Numbered from the stretch's first letter, positions 17,867 to 28,290 are shown. The stretch: DNA of 64,000 bases from Oscillospiraceae bacterium (GCA_045591925.1 JAZNTW010000013.1:13776-77775); one strand, 5' to 3'. Translations and numbers: made by a program. The notes: a model not told the origin generated them from the sequence alone.

Positions 17867-18844
17867 TCAATCGCTTTCCATATTGCACTCGCCTTCAGCA
17901 ATCACTTTACCGGAAGAATCATATTCCTTATAGACATATTTCGATGCATTCTTCTTTGTAGCGTTCTGACCATCTTTATCCAAATACATTCGCACCTGAC
18001 GAACACCACCATGTGGAAAAACGCCAGTCAGGATTTCCATATTCGCACTGGAATGATCTGTATCGGCAATTGAATAATACTCTGAATGCCAATCTTCAGC
18101 AACCTTATCAATGTTTGTGAACTTTCGGAATGCCCATTGCCGTTTGATTGTTAATTCACTTTGATAATCTTCAATGTCCGCATATAGTTGGATCTTTACT
18201 GTTCCGTTCTTTAATGTTTCATTCTTCCAACACTCAGAAAAGCTTTGTAATACATTCTGAGGAATAAATCGAAAGAAATCGGCTCCATACCACATAAGGA
18301 ATGCACCAGTAAATAGTATTCCTCCGTACTCATGCCCGTGTCCTGAGAATTGTTCAATATCAACTATGTCTTTGTGTAAAGTTGGACTGTATATCATTTT
18401 CAAATTGTCAGTGTCGACTCCATATGTTTTATAAATCTCCGGCTCTAAAGAAGAATTAATATGATTGTCAGCGCTGCTTCTCAATACGGCGGAGACAATG
18501 TTATGTGATTCGATAAAGGAATCGATTGATTTGGAATAGTCATCGATATCCTTTACCATGTTTGTGCGTAGTATTATTGTGGTTATCTCAGAGATACAGT
18601 CAAATCGAATACGAATTGAGTTATCAAGGTCAAGAGAGATACCTGCATTAAAACGATTGTTTGCTTTATACGCCTCGTTAATCGATTCTATAAATACAGC
18701 TTCATTGTATTTTGTTTTTTTGTGTGTTGCAGGCAGGCTCATTTTAGTTGGGTGGAATGGGACGATTGGAAGGATGCTTGTGATGTATTGCACGGATGAT
18801 TCATTACCTCGAAAAGAGATTAAGAAAAAAAGACTGCTATTCAT
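17867..18844 (-). CDS. Putative immunity protein of the adjacent polymorphic toxin
   Basis: 325-aa ORF whose ATG overlaps the toxin stop (ATGA at 18841-18844). No signal peptide. The call is positional. Confidence 0.5.
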   Translation of the reverse strand: MNSSLFFLISFRGNESSVQYITSILPIVPFHPTKMSLPATHKKTKYNEAVFIESINEAYKANNRFNAGISLDLDNSIRIRFDCISEITTIILRTNMVKDIDDYSKSIDSFIESHNIVSAVLRSSADNHINSSLEPEIYKTYGVDTDNLKMIYSPTLHKDIVDIEQFSGHGHEYGGILFTGAFLMWYGADFFRFIPQNVLQSFSECWKNETLKNGTVKIQLYADIEDYQSELTIKRQWAFRKFTNIDKVAEDWHSEYYSIADTDHSSANMEILTGVFPHGGVRQVRMYLDKDGQNATKKNASKYVYKEYDSSGKVIAEGECNMESD

Positions 18845-21800
18845 AGTAGCTCCTCGATTTTAATAGTAATACCCAGATCATCAGCTAATTCTTGAATTCT
18901 TGACATATCAATCATAGATTTTGTTCCGGTAGGCACTCTTATGTCAAGAATTCTATCATCACAGAGTATTGTTCCGTGATAGACATCAAAATCTGCTAAT
19001 TTCTCAGTATATCCTTCGATTATATTAAATACTTTTTCGGATGTATACGAAGAAGATGTTGGATCAAGTGTTTTTAGACTCACAACGCTATTTCCATCAT
19101 GGAAGTCAATGACAGGATAATAGCCATTAAACTCGTTTCCGATGTAATACCATGTATTATATTCTGTAGCGGCTAAATATTGTTCGATTGTTTTGCCACG
19201 TATAAATGGGTGCAAAGACCACACATTTGTCATATCATTAGGCAACTTAGCGACATTATCTAAAAGCATATTAATGCCTTCAGGACCGACTTCAAGATAA
19301 GCCTCAATTGCCTCATCTCCGTATTTAAGGAGATATGAGACTGCCGCTTCCTTATCCGTGGCTGCATTGAGTACATTCACTACTTGTTGGTTGTTTCGAG
19401 TAATGAATTCAAGAGCATCAACCCATTCATCTCCATACTCCAAAGCAGGTGCTATTGTGTAACTATCAACACCATAGCCGATCATTCTTTCTGCCGAGTG
19501 TGTAACAGTGTAAGCATCATCTACATTATTAAGTGTACTCCGCACAACATCAGGCTTTAACTCGCTTACTTCGATTTTGCTCTTAAAGAAATTATAGATC
19601 GTTCCGCCGTATTTTGTAAGCACAAACGAAGTCGTGATCAAGCCGATATTGAATATATTAACGGCTCGTTCTTGCCTTAACACTGCTTGACTTTCGGCAT
19701 CACCATTATATGCAGCCATTACAAGATTAATTGTTCGCATATAATTAACCACTGCCAAAGCGAGACAGGCTAACGAGAAAATGACCATCCCAACGCCGGG
19801 AGAGGCTACAAGAACAGATGCTGCTGTAAAGGCGTTCATAATATTATAAAACGCTCCGGCAGCAACTACAAAGCTCAAGCAGGATGAAACCATTGCTAAT
19901 ATCTGGTCAAAGGAAATACCTGTAGTTGTATTCCCTCCAGCTATAGATGTGCTTCGAGACAACATATAGACCGATGTGCCGCCGCTCAAATCGTGCAATA
20001 TATACCCGGAACCTGTCCAATTATTCAAAGTAATATCTTTTTGAGGGACAATAACGGCATATCCTGCGGAAAGCGCCTCGGCAATAATTGCTTCTGCATT
20101 TGAGTTTACATTAAGATCGGAAAGTACCCGGTCACTACCGTTATATAGAGTGTAAACATCTATTCCATTATCCTCTGCATATTTTAACACTTCCATTGTG
20201 GAAACGCTATCTACATCAAACAAAGATTTCAATACGCTGCTTTCTGTATACGATGATGCCATTCCAGCGGATGATCGAAACAGAGTTACATTATCGTTTG
20301 AGGAATCCTTTGCCGCACAGCTATATGTGTCTCCAATAACATCCACCTCAAAATCGCCACTTTGATTAACGTTATATGTTACTGTGCCAGGGATGTCCTT
20401 TCTGATGATCTCAGGATTATAGCCCATGAAAGCAACGCTAAGGTTGTGAGAGTAGTATGTATTTGTGCTCTCGGCGATTGAGCGTGTTGCAATATCAAGC
20501 TGAGTAAAGTAGTTGTAGCCAATATATTCAAGGACTTTACCAAGGTAATTATCTGCATAAAGGTTGTTTTTGGTAATTGAACCATTTAACGCATTCAAAG
20601 CATTTAGCGACGAAGTGGTTTTATAATCCGCTATATTTTGATAATCCAACGCGACAGTATAAATACCGCCCACGCACATCTCTTTCGTAAAAAAGTAATC
20701 TTGACCGTTAGTGTGAATCTTAACAATGGCGTTTTGCAGATTGCCTATTGATGCACTCGGTCCTTCAAGTTTTCTTTGACCATTGATTTTTATAACAGGG
20801 CAAAGGTTAACATAGTTAGAAAAAGGACTGCTCATTAAACCATAGATATTATTGGGGCTGATACCATAATTTTCGTTTTCTTCGGCACTCACCATATATT
20901 CTATGGTAATTCGTTTATTATATAACTCTGCACTTGAGCATTCAAATGAGTTCCCGCCGAAGGAGATTGATACGATATCTTTGTTCTCGGACGGAACACG
21001 ATCAAATTCATCAAGATCTGTATACTGGTATGGTAATCCGGCTGGAATTGAGGAATACTCTGTTTGCTTTATTTTTCGGCTAACAACATACCCACTTTTC
21101 ATATTGGAAGCCGAAGTATAGTTACTGCGCATAGTGTGTCTGAAATATGCGGCATCTTCTATTGAAGAACTAAAATCAGAACTGTACTGATTAAAAATAC
21201 TGTCTACAGCTTCGTATTCTTTAAAACTAGGATCAAGGAATATATCTGAATCATTGTCTGACAGTTTTACCCACACATGGCTAAATGAGATAGAATCTGT
21301 TGCTTTATTATAGGTTGCTGTCGCATCTCTTAAAGCAATAATATTAAGTGCAGCGGCTTTATCTACAGCTCCGGTATAATTTATTGCTTGAGTTGATGTA
21401 AGTGAAATCTGTCCTGTTACATATGAGCACTGATATCCTAAATGCTGAAGCATCGCAATCAGTAAGCTTGAAGTATCAATATCGTTTCCACCGTGTTGTT
21501 CAAATGTGCCGATTGCGCCCTTTCTTAAATCTGGGTAGAACTCCACGCCGATACTATTTGAAATATAACCGTATACTTCTTCTGGTGTACCAAGCTTTTC
21601 GGCAAGATTGGCAAGTTCTACTGTCAGGCTTAATTCATTCTGAGAATTGCCTACAAGATTTCTGTCAACTGAGCAAACATCCTCATAGTTTGTCCCAGGA
21701 AATTCACTAATCATGGCGAGGAGATACTCGCTCATTAAGAAAACATCATAATAATCAATTTGTTTATTCGCATCAAGGTCAGCTTGACTATTATATGCAG

Positions 21801-22026
21801 CCCCTGTAAGAATTAACCTCTTTAGAAGAGTCATGTCAATTGCATTGATACGATTATCCCCGTTTATATCCCCTGTAATCGGAGTGATGTTTGCTGCGCT
21901 CGCAGTAGAAAGGGAAACAATGTTTTCTACACCAGTTGATGAGGCAACTATCATAACGACAAAAGCAACAATGACCGAAAATACTCTTGAAATGGCATTT
22001 TTAATAAGAATCCTCCTGTTTGGCAC
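18841..22026 (-). CDS. Dockerin-bearing, transglutaminase-like polymorphic toxin with PD-(D/E)xK-like C-terminal domain
   Basis: Signal/anchor, then a duplicated dockerin Ca-binding repeat (GDINGDNRINAIDMTLLKRLIL ... DLDANKQIDYYDVFLMSEYLL). TGase-like core with degenerate Cys (GGNDIDTSSLLIAMLQHLGY ... HVWVKLS ... LDPSF). TM cluster around aa 700-810. C-terminus RGKTIEQYL...YPVIDF...VVSLKT looks like an E...D...SxK nuclease. Confidence 0.65.
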   Translation of the reverse strand: MPNRRILIKNAISRVFSVIVAFVVMIVASSTGVENIVSLSTASAANITPITGDINGDNRINAIDMTLLKRLILTGAAYNSQADLDANKQIDYYDVFLMSEYLLAMISEFPGTNYEDVCSVDRNLVGNSQNELSLTVELANLAEKLGTPEEVYGYISNSIGVEFYPDLRKGAIGTFEQHGGNDIDTSSLLIAMLQHLGYQCSYVTGQISLTSTQAINYTGAVDKAAALNIIALRDATATYNKATDSISFSHVWVKLSDNDSDIFLDPSFKEYEAVDSIFNQYSSDFSSSIEDAAYFRHTMRSNYTSASNMKSGYVVSRKIKQTEYSSIPAGLPYQYTDLDEFDRVPSENKDIVSISFGGNSFECSSAELYNKRITIEYMVSAEENENYGISPNNIYGLMSSPFSNYVNLCPVIKINGQRKLEGPSASIGNLQNAIVKIHTNGQDYFFTKEMCVGGIYTVALDYQNIADYKTTSSLNALNALNGSITKNNLYADNYLGKVLEYIGYNYFTQLDIATRSIAESTNTYYSHNLSVAFMGYNPEIIRKDIPGTVTYNVNQSGDFEVDVIGDTYSCAAKDSSNDNVTLFRSSAGMASSYTESSVLKSLFDVDSVSTMEVLKYAEDNGIDVYTLYNGSDRVLSDLNVNSNAEAIIAEALSAGYAVIVPQKDITLNNWTGSGYILHDLSGGTSVYMLSRSTSIAGGNTTTGISFDQILAMVSSCLSFVVAAGAFYNIMNAFTAASVLVASPGVGMVIFSLACLALAVVNYMRTINLVMAAYNGDAESQAVLRQERAVNIFNIGLITTSFVLTKYGGTIYNFFKSKIEVSELKPDVVRSTLNNVDDAYTVTHSAERMIGYGVDSYTIAPALEYGDEWVDALEFITRNNQQVVNVLNAATDKEAAVSYLLKYGDEAIEAYLEVGPEGINMLLDNVAKLPNDMTNVWSLHPFIRGKTIEQYLAATEYNTWYYIGNEFNGYYPVIDFHDGNSVVSLKTLDPTSSSYTSEKVFNIIEGYTEKLADFDVYHGTILCDDRILDIRVPTGTKSMIDMSRIQELADDLGITIKIEELL

Positions 22027-22206
22027 CTAGGTTTATAACCTACCATTATAATTATATCGTGATGAAACGCTATCGTCAATTACCTATTGTGTCCACTTGA
22101 ATGACTGTTTGTCACATATTCCCCGAGAATTCGGGCGATGTGTACTTTACAAAAGTCATTTATTAAGATATTTCCGGTGTGGCTGGTATCCTCAGAGCGC
22201 TTGTTA

Positions 22207-22947
22207 TTATAGATCAATCATACTGTTCAGAGCTTTCATACGATCTTCGATGCATGTTCTGTAAAAATCGGCGACTACAGGTGGAAACACAGCGTTCAGG
22301 TCATTCCAAACCAATCGAAGTTTTTCTGGATCGATATAAAGGAAGCGTACATAGGTATCAATATACGTTTCTCGCAACATTCGTTTTCCTGCTTTGCTTT
22401 TTCGTTCTAACAGATTTATAGCCTCATCGCACCTTTTGCCAAACTGAAAGTTGCTTTGGAAGTGATCGAATGGCAGCTGATGATCATTAACAGTACACAT
22501 TGCACCATAAGTAAGGTCATCCATGCAAAACGAGATCGCATAATCAAACGAGCACAGTTTTCCGTGTGAAAACGCAAGCTGAAGATTGTCATCTATAAGC
22601 AGCAGATCCATTAGCGCCATGTATGCCATAAAATCTGCAAGGCGCCGATCTTCATCTGATAATGCTTTCAGTTCCTGAACAAATACTCGTTTGAAGTCTT
22701 TTTCATAGTTGATGCCGACCTCTATTTTTCCTCTATCGTCGATTAGAAATGCATTCGATGTCGGCACTCCTATGAGCTTCGCAACTTTGTGAGCAACAAA
22801 TTCATTTGTCACATCTGCCGACCGTGTTTTAACCAAGCAGGAACAGCCCCTTCCGTCTCTTGCAATATAGAGCTGTCCTGACTCTCCAACATGTCCCCGC
22901 GAATCCGCATAAGGCGAATATATCAATCCTTTTCCATTCACTATCAT
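22207..22947 (-). CDS. Hypothetical protein, possibly HipA/protein-kinase-like fold (weak)
   Basis: 246-aa ORF downstream of the XRE-peptidase gene. LVKTRSADVTNEFVAHKVAKLIG and LLIDDNLQLAFSHGKLCSFDYA loosely resemble kinase Lys/helix-C and catalytic/Mg loops. Confidence 0.45.
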   Translation of the reverse strand: MIVNGKGLIYSPYADSRGHVGESGQLYIARDGRGCSCLVKTRSADVTNEFVAHKVAKLIGVPTSNAFLIDDRGKIEVGINYEKDFKRVFVQELKALSDEDRRLADFMAYMALMDLLLIDDNLQLAFSHGKLCSFDYAISFCMDDLTYGAMCTVNDHQLPFDHFQSNFQFGKRCDEAINLLERKSKAGKRMLRETYIDTYVRFLYIDPEKLRLVWNDLNAVFPPVVADFYRTCIEDRMKALNSMIDL

Positions 22948-23011
22948 GATCTATTATCACTCCAAAGGCTCTCTCGTAATCCGCACTTTTTCGACATGAT
23001 TATCAATTCTC

Positions 23012-24178
23012 TCACATTAACCCATAAGACTCAGCGAATTTTGCAAGATCCTCTGGCGGGGTAATCTTTATCATCTCAGTCATATACAAGCTGCCGAGCG
23101 TTTCAATCTCATCAGGAGTAATTTCGTAAGCATATCCGTTATGCACCATATCAAATACATGATGAATAATCGACATAAACGGCATCTTCATCTTGTTCAG
23201 TTTCTTCTCTAATTCCTCCCAATTCTCCGTCTCACTGCCTTCCCATGTGTTCATGATTGCAGATAGGTAACGGTGCAGCAGAGATTTAGACAGAGGATTT
23301 CCGACTTTCACTTTTTTAGCTAAAGCATGCAGTTCCTTTGAAATCTCATTCAAGTGCAGTGATGGCTGCTGATATATGATATCCTGCACAATCACAGCAA
23401 TAAACTCACGCCAGATTGCGTAGCCAGCATTCATACAGCCGTCATTATATTCTTCAGAGGGAGTTTCCGGAGTGCCGGCACAATAAAGGTCATAGAAACG
23501 CTGTCCGGCTTTCCACGCAGTCTCGATCTCATGTGTGGTACAGAAGATATGTGCAAGTTCATGGACGAGCATGATCTTGTAATAATCCAGATCAGCCAGT
23601 TCTTTCGGAGGATCGACACGAATCAGTAGCCCGTCAACATGAGCGGGATCGTCAATATCGGTCTGACCTACAAATGCTTCTGCCAAAACAGACTCAAAGT
23701 CGCTCATGATACGCTTTTCGGAGTGAAAGCCGTACTTTTGAGTAAACTCATTATAGACCTCTACGATATTATCCAGTGTACAGAATGCGACCTTGATATT
23801 GTCAAGAGAATAGCTTGTCCCAAAATAATCGTTATACAGTTCACAGGCTTGCTGGAAAAAAGTTGTGAGCGTTTCCTCGATATCAGTTGTTGCAGATTGT
23901 TTGCAGCTGATTTCAATAAATTTGTTCATGACTTCGCCCTCCGGAAAGAAAGTATAGGGGTCTAATTTGAGAACTGCGCAGATTGCAAGTGCCGTTCTCA
24001 GTGTCGCTGTTTCGAGATTGCGTTCCCCGCTTTCGATACGCTGATATTGTCGGAGCTGCAGTTTTGATGCTTTTGCTACTTGCTGTTGAGATAGACCAAG
24101 TTTTTCACGACGGGTGCGCAGTATCTCCTGACTGGTGATTCTGTCATCATATGCGAGTGGGAAATTGATAAAGTTCAT
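23012..24178 (-). CDS. XRE-family HTH fused to ImmA/IrrE-like Zn metallopeptidase domain
   Basis: N-terminal LGLSQQQVAKASKLQLRQYQRIESGERN is an HTH_XRE. HEXXH occurs as MLVHELAHIF in the C-terminal domain. Confidence 0.75.
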   Translation of the reverse strand: MNFINFPLAYDDRITSQEILRTRREKLGLSQQQVAKASKLQLRQYQRIESGERNLETATLRTALAICAVLKLDPYTFFPEGEVMNKFIEISCKQSATTDIEETLTTFFQQACELYNDYFGTSYSLDNIKVAFCTLDNIVEVYNEFTQKYGFHSEKRIMSDFESVLAEAFVGQTDIDDPAHVDGLLIRVDPPKELADLDYYKIMLVHELAHIFCTTHEIETAWKAGQRFYDLYCAGTPETPSEEYNDGCMNAGYAIWREFIAVIVQDIIYQQPSLHLNEISKELHALAKKVKVGNPLSKSLLHRYLSAIMNTWEGSETENWEELEKKLNKMKMPFMSIIHHVFDMVHNGYAYEITPDEIETLGSLYMTEMIKITPPEDLAKFAESYGLM

Positions 24179-24399
24179 GTGGTGTTTCCTCCTTTTAACG
24201 ATATACGACCATTTGTCGAACTCTTGTCAACAACTGTAAAACCGTTTGCTTTGCACCAGTATATCAGAGAACAGTGGGATTTGTCAATAGGCAAAATAGA
24301 CAAATCAAAAGAGCAGTTTTTTATGCACACAAGAAAAAGGCTCTGTCGGAGAATGCACCACTTCATATGGCGTATTCCCCACAGAGTCTATTATATTTA

Positions 24400-24690
24400 T
24401 TATCCAGTTTTCTCCAAGCACATCTCCGTCAAAGCCTTCTGACTAATCTCCTGTGGCTTCCCATCCGGTCGAACCCAAGCCGCAGCATCCTCCCGCCGTA
24501 GGATCAGCGGCATCCTGTCATGAATCCCTCGTAAATCACCAACAGCATCTCGTGCGAATATATATCTACTTATAAATAAGCTGCAAGCAAAAGCCGTAGT
24601 AACAACGATTGGCTCGATTCATCCATGAACGTATTGCAATTCTCAATAGGAAAGGTCGTTGCTGAATTGAGTGCGTATCAATTAGAAATC
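24400..24690 (-). pseudogene. Remnant of an SRAP (SOS-response-associated peptidase, YedK-like) gene
   Basis: The minus strand reads IEPIVVTTAFA...GIHDRMPLILRREDAAAWV...CLEKTG-stop (stop at 24400-24402), containing the HDRMP(V/L)IL motif of SRAP C-termini. An in-frame TGA lies upstream, with a possible further fragment (QQRPFLLRIAIRSW) in another frame. Confidence 0.45.
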
Positions 24691-24758
24691 GTTTTTAGGT
24701 CAGAGACGCACCCCTATGGTAGTACGATTTTTGCAACAAGGGTATTGTAATCTCATCA

Positions 24759-27038
24759 TTATCTTTTCCCTGTCATCATCTGGAAATGCTGCTCCTGATG
24801 CATAACTTTAAAAATACGCTCAAAAACATCTCGAAGACTATCTACGCTTACCGCAGAAGAATCATAGTATAGACCATCATTAAAACCGGTGGCACCGACA
24901 TTGAGCATGGCTATCATAGCCGATGCTGCAATATAGTCTGTTCGATCTTCTGTGCCGTCATCAAGTTCCTTCACAAACTCCTTTTCATTCACGTCCAGGA
25001 GTTCGCGTCGCAGATTGCCGCTTTTAAATCCTACCATTTGAATAAAGTAGTATTCGAGAATTTGTCGCATTATCATCATGAGCGTTTCCGAGTCATCAGT
25101 GTAACTATATTCGTGCCAGAGGGTATCGTATGTATTACGAACTGGGGAACGATTAACCTTATTTCCACCTGAGAATTTCAGTTCATCCGTACACTCTGCA
25201 ATACTGGTCTGATTATCTTTGCTCTTTTTGATTTCAAAGAACGATGCACATTCATAGTCACTAATTCGGTTATAGGTGATTTCTCGGAAGAAGTAGGGGT
25301 TATGTGTCATGCAGAAGAATTGGCGGATGTGATCGTCACTGCCGGTTTTAGTCAGATCGTAGTTATTATAGCAAACTGCGATCATCTCCCGAACCAGTGA
25401 GGCAACAATAAAGAGTGAGCTGCTGTCCATTGAGGATACTGGATCATCAATGATGACTATCTTGTCTACGACCTTGCCTTCATCTGACTGACTGCCCATA
25501 ACCATGTGGTAGAAGTACAGGAAGGCTATAAAGTTACGCTCGCCTTCGCTAAGATTCTGTTGCACGACCTCTGGCTTTCCGCTGTTATCTCTTACAAGTT
25601 CGTATACATATTTTGCACCGGCTTTTTCTTGCAAGTAGAATCCGCGGAATCCCGCATTTTTGATTGCTTTGTTAATGTCGTGCATCGCTTTGGTGGTATT
25701 GACGGTCTGACTGTTAAGAAATGCAATATGACGCTCAATCTCATTTGCATTATCTATGAGTAGCATCGCCTCACTGTTGGCTTTTCTCCATTCTTCGCGA
25801 TCTGATTCAGTTTTTTCCTTCCAGTTTGATATTATGTCAGCACATTCTTTCGCCATAAGCCCCCAGACCATCTTGGTGCATTTAACAGTTTGACCGGGAA
25901 TGTCAGCAAGGACCGCCATATATGCTTTAATCTCAGCATTAATTTCTTCAGTGAGGTCATTGATATATTTTGAAGTTGAAATAAGACTTTCTATAATGAT
26001 TGATTCTGCAGGGTTATCCTTCTTCTTCTGAAGCAAAACAAAGTTTCTTTCTATTATTGCCAGCAGAAGTTGAGTGTGCTGCCTGTAGTCATCTAATTTG
26101 CGAGACGGAAAAGGTGATTGAAGGTTCCTTTGAATCACTTCCTTTGTAGCGTTCATTAAATCTGTGATTTCTTCAATATAAAAATCTAAGTTGGAAAGAT
26201 CCTTCTTATACTGTTCGTCATAACATGTTGCAAGCATTTCCTCAAAATTTTTAGGAAGCTCTCCTTGACAATAAGGGCATTTCCCGCCTGCTTTATCATG
26301 GAACTGTTTGTGCCCAGCAGCAACCCAGTCCATATTACCCAAAGCACGGATAAAAGCAGCAAATTCTGTATCAGACCTACTAACAATCGATTTCCGCATG
26401 ATTTCGCTCATTGGCTCTATAACTGATGGAATGGGTTTGAACTCTGAATATGCTTGCTGATTGGAATCAGAGAGAGTCAGATAGAGTTTAATGCATTCTT
26501 CTTCCGTTGTATCCAAAGGTTGTGTTTCCTCAAGCTTTTTTATGAACTTGATCTTGTCTTTCATAAATCCCGTTTGAGTTGTAGGAAACTTTTTTCTTAT
26601 AGCTTCGGTTTTCTTCCATACAGTCGTTATGTATTCTTGCTCGGCTTGTTCATGACTGCTTTTAACCTGAGCAGCAATGGATTGTGCTGCTCTTGCGCGT
26701 ACTACAAGATCGGCTTTTATTGCAGCTTGCTCGTCAGCCTCTTTCTTCTTTTGAGCATTGATATCGGAAATAGTGAACACACCCGGAATATTACCATAGC
26801 TCTGAATGTTCGCTTTAATAAAGTCTTCGTTATACACAAGAATCTGTTCATCTAATAGTGGCGCATCGCTCCATGTCAGTAATGCCGAATGATTCTTGAA
26901 AGATCTGCCGAGGGTAGATTTGCCGGTACCGTTTTTGCCATAGAAAAAGTTGAGCATGGTCGGTTGGAATGTTATATTGTGGTAAGTTGGGGCGTTGATT
27001 GTAATGCCAGTAATGTAGCGTCTGATTTTATTGCTCAT
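24759..27038 (-). CDS. AAA_13 / ABC-type ATPase (PrrC/RloC-like architecture)
   Basis: Walker A GKNGTGKST at aa ~34. Long helical insert containing CPYCQGE (zinc-hook-like). ABC signature LSEGERNF, Walker B VIIDDPVSSMD, and C-terminal MRQILEYYF region. TAAGGAGG before the ATG. Confidence 0.8.
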   Translation of the reverse strand: MSNKIRRYITGITINAPTYHNITFQPTMLNFFYGKNGTGKSTLGRSFKNHSALLTWSDAPLLDEQILVYNEDFIKANIQSYGNIPGVFTISDINAQKKKEADEQAAIKADLVVRARAAQSIAAQVKSSHEQAEQEYITTVWKKTEAIRKKFPTTQTGFMKDKIKFIKKLEETQPLDTTEEECIKLYLTLSDSNQQAYSEFKPIPSVIEPMSEIMRKSIVSRSDTEFAAFIRALGNMDWVAAGHKQFHDKAGGKCPYCQGELPKNFEEMLATCYDEQYKKDLSNLDFYIEEITDLMNATKEVIQRNLQSPFPSRKLDDYRQHTQLLLAIIERNFVLLQKKKDNPAESIIIESLISTSKYINDLTEEINAEIKAYMAVLADIPGQTVKCTKMVWGLMAKECADIISNWKEKTESDREEWRKANSEAMLLIDNANEIERHIAFLNSQTVNTTKAMHDINKAIKNAGFRGFYLQEKAGAKYVYELVRDNSGKPEVVQQNLSEGERNFIAFLYFYHMVMGSQSDEGKVVDKIVIIDDPVSSMDSSSLFIVASLVREMIAVCYNNYDLTKTGSDDHIRQFFCMTHNPYFFREITYNRISDYECASFFEIKKSKDNQTSIAECTDELKFSGGNKVNRSPVRNTYDTLWHEYSYTDDSETLMMIMRQILEYYFIQMVGFKSGNLRRELLDVNEKEFVKELDDGTEDRTDYIAASAMIAMLNVGATGFNDGLYYDSSAVSVDSLRDVFERIFKVMHQEQHFQMMTGKR

Positions 27039-27050
27039 TAGAGTTCCTCC

Positions 27051-27719
27051 TTATTTCACTTCAATTCCTTTGTCTTTAGTGATCTGTATAAGATCACCGT
27101 GCCTTATACTCCAATGCTCCTCGTCAAGCTGATTTCTGACATTGGCTGAGATAAGATGAAAATCCTGTGTATTGTTATTAATCGTTTCCTGCAGTAAATA
27201 TTTAGTTGTTTCAAACACTTCATAGTTAAAAATGATCCTTCCAGGTTGCGGCTGAATTTTCGTCAGCCTGCCAAGAAAAGATGGGCAATCTTGAAAGGCA
27301 GTTTGGAAACTTTCATTTTTCACTGTGAAGAGACAGGGCATTTTCAGCAGTTCGTTAATGTGCCGGTCGGATAGCGGCGAATAGTATTCTCTGAGCTGTG
27401 AGTCGGTGTACTTTAAAGAAGATTCTGTACTAATTGAGAAAGAAGAACCGGAGTAGTCTTCGTTATTTAGTACGAACAAATGGAAATGTGTGCGATCAAG
27501 TTTAATCCATTCTATGCTGTGCGACTTTTGCTGCATTTGGGATTGTTGTTGCATGACTAATGAAATAGCCTGGGCGAGTGTTTCAGGGCATCCTTCAACA
27601 ACCAAATTTCCATGCAAATTACCTACCGCAATACCATTGTCGGATGCAGTAATAGTAGTAGGAACTTGAAACTGTGTCGGAAGCTGAGAGTCTTTAGACT
27701 TAACTATCTCATTTTTCAT
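27051..27719 (-). CDS. Hypothetical protein P3; paralogue of P2, N-terminal DNGIAVG motif
   Basis: 222-aa ORF with GTGAGGT upstream, 7 nt after the P2 stop. The C-terminal domain aligns by eye with P2 (LLKMPCLFTVKN / IKKLPAIIAMER; EHWSIRHGDLIQITKDKGI / THWTIKKVDLLEVMQDAGV). Confidence 0.65.
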   Translation of the reverse strand: MKNEIVKSKDSQLPTQFQVPTTITASDNGIAVGNLHGNLVVEGCPETLAQAISLVMQQQSQMQQKSHSIEWIKLDRTHFHLFVLNNEDYSGSSFSISTESSLKYTDSQLREYYSPLSDRHINELLKMPCLFTVKNESFQTAFQDCPSFLGRLTKIQPQPGRIIFNYEVFETTKYLLQETINNNTQDFHLISANVRNQLDEEHWSIRHGDLIQITKDKGIEVK

Positions 27720-27726
27720 TTATACC

Positions 27727-28290
27727 TCACTTTCCGGGGAATACTCCTGCATCCTGCATTACTTCAAGTAAATCCACCTTTTTTATAGTCCAGTGTGTCC
27801 GTGTCAACTCAAACAAGTGCATAGCAAGATCGGCCAAGTTATCCTTCAGAAAGGAAAACGGAATAGGGAAAAATCTCTGGAAATACACCTTGACACCGTT
27901 GTCTTGATCTCTGACATCCTTAATAAAAGCAAATAATGCTTGCTGTTCCTCAGTCCCATCACGTTCCATTGCGATAATTGCAGGCAGTTTTTTTATTTTT
28001 TCAACGACCTCATCTGACCAACCGCAGAACTCGTTTTTTACCTCATCAGTTATGTACTCGGTCAGAGCACGGGATTTATCCACTAGGATGTAGTCCTTTT
28101 CAAAAGGGTCATATCCTATTATCAGGTTGAAGTACCTTGGACGGGATGCGGTCTTGGTTCCGTCCGAAAGAAACAGATTTATTGTTGGAGAAAATGAATC
28201 AGTGTATCCAACTGCAATTCCGTCCCCTTCGGCATGAACAGAGAACGATGTCGGAACAGCATCTTCTTTTTTCACGATGACATTACTCAT
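27727..28290 (-). CDS. Hypothetical protein P2; N-terminal GDGIAVG motif
   Basis: 187-aa ORF whose ATG overlaps the P1 stop (ATGAGTAA). Confidence 0.65.
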   Translation of the reverse strand: MSNVIVKKEDAVPTSFSVHAEGDGIAVGYTDSFSPTINLFLSDGTKTASRPRYFNLIIGYDPFEKDYILVDKSRALTEYITDEVKNEFCGWSDEVVEKIKKLPAIIAMERDGTEEQQALFAFIKDVRDQDNGVKVYFQRFFPIPFSFLKDNLADLAMHLFELTRTHWTIKKVDLLEVMQDAGVFPGK

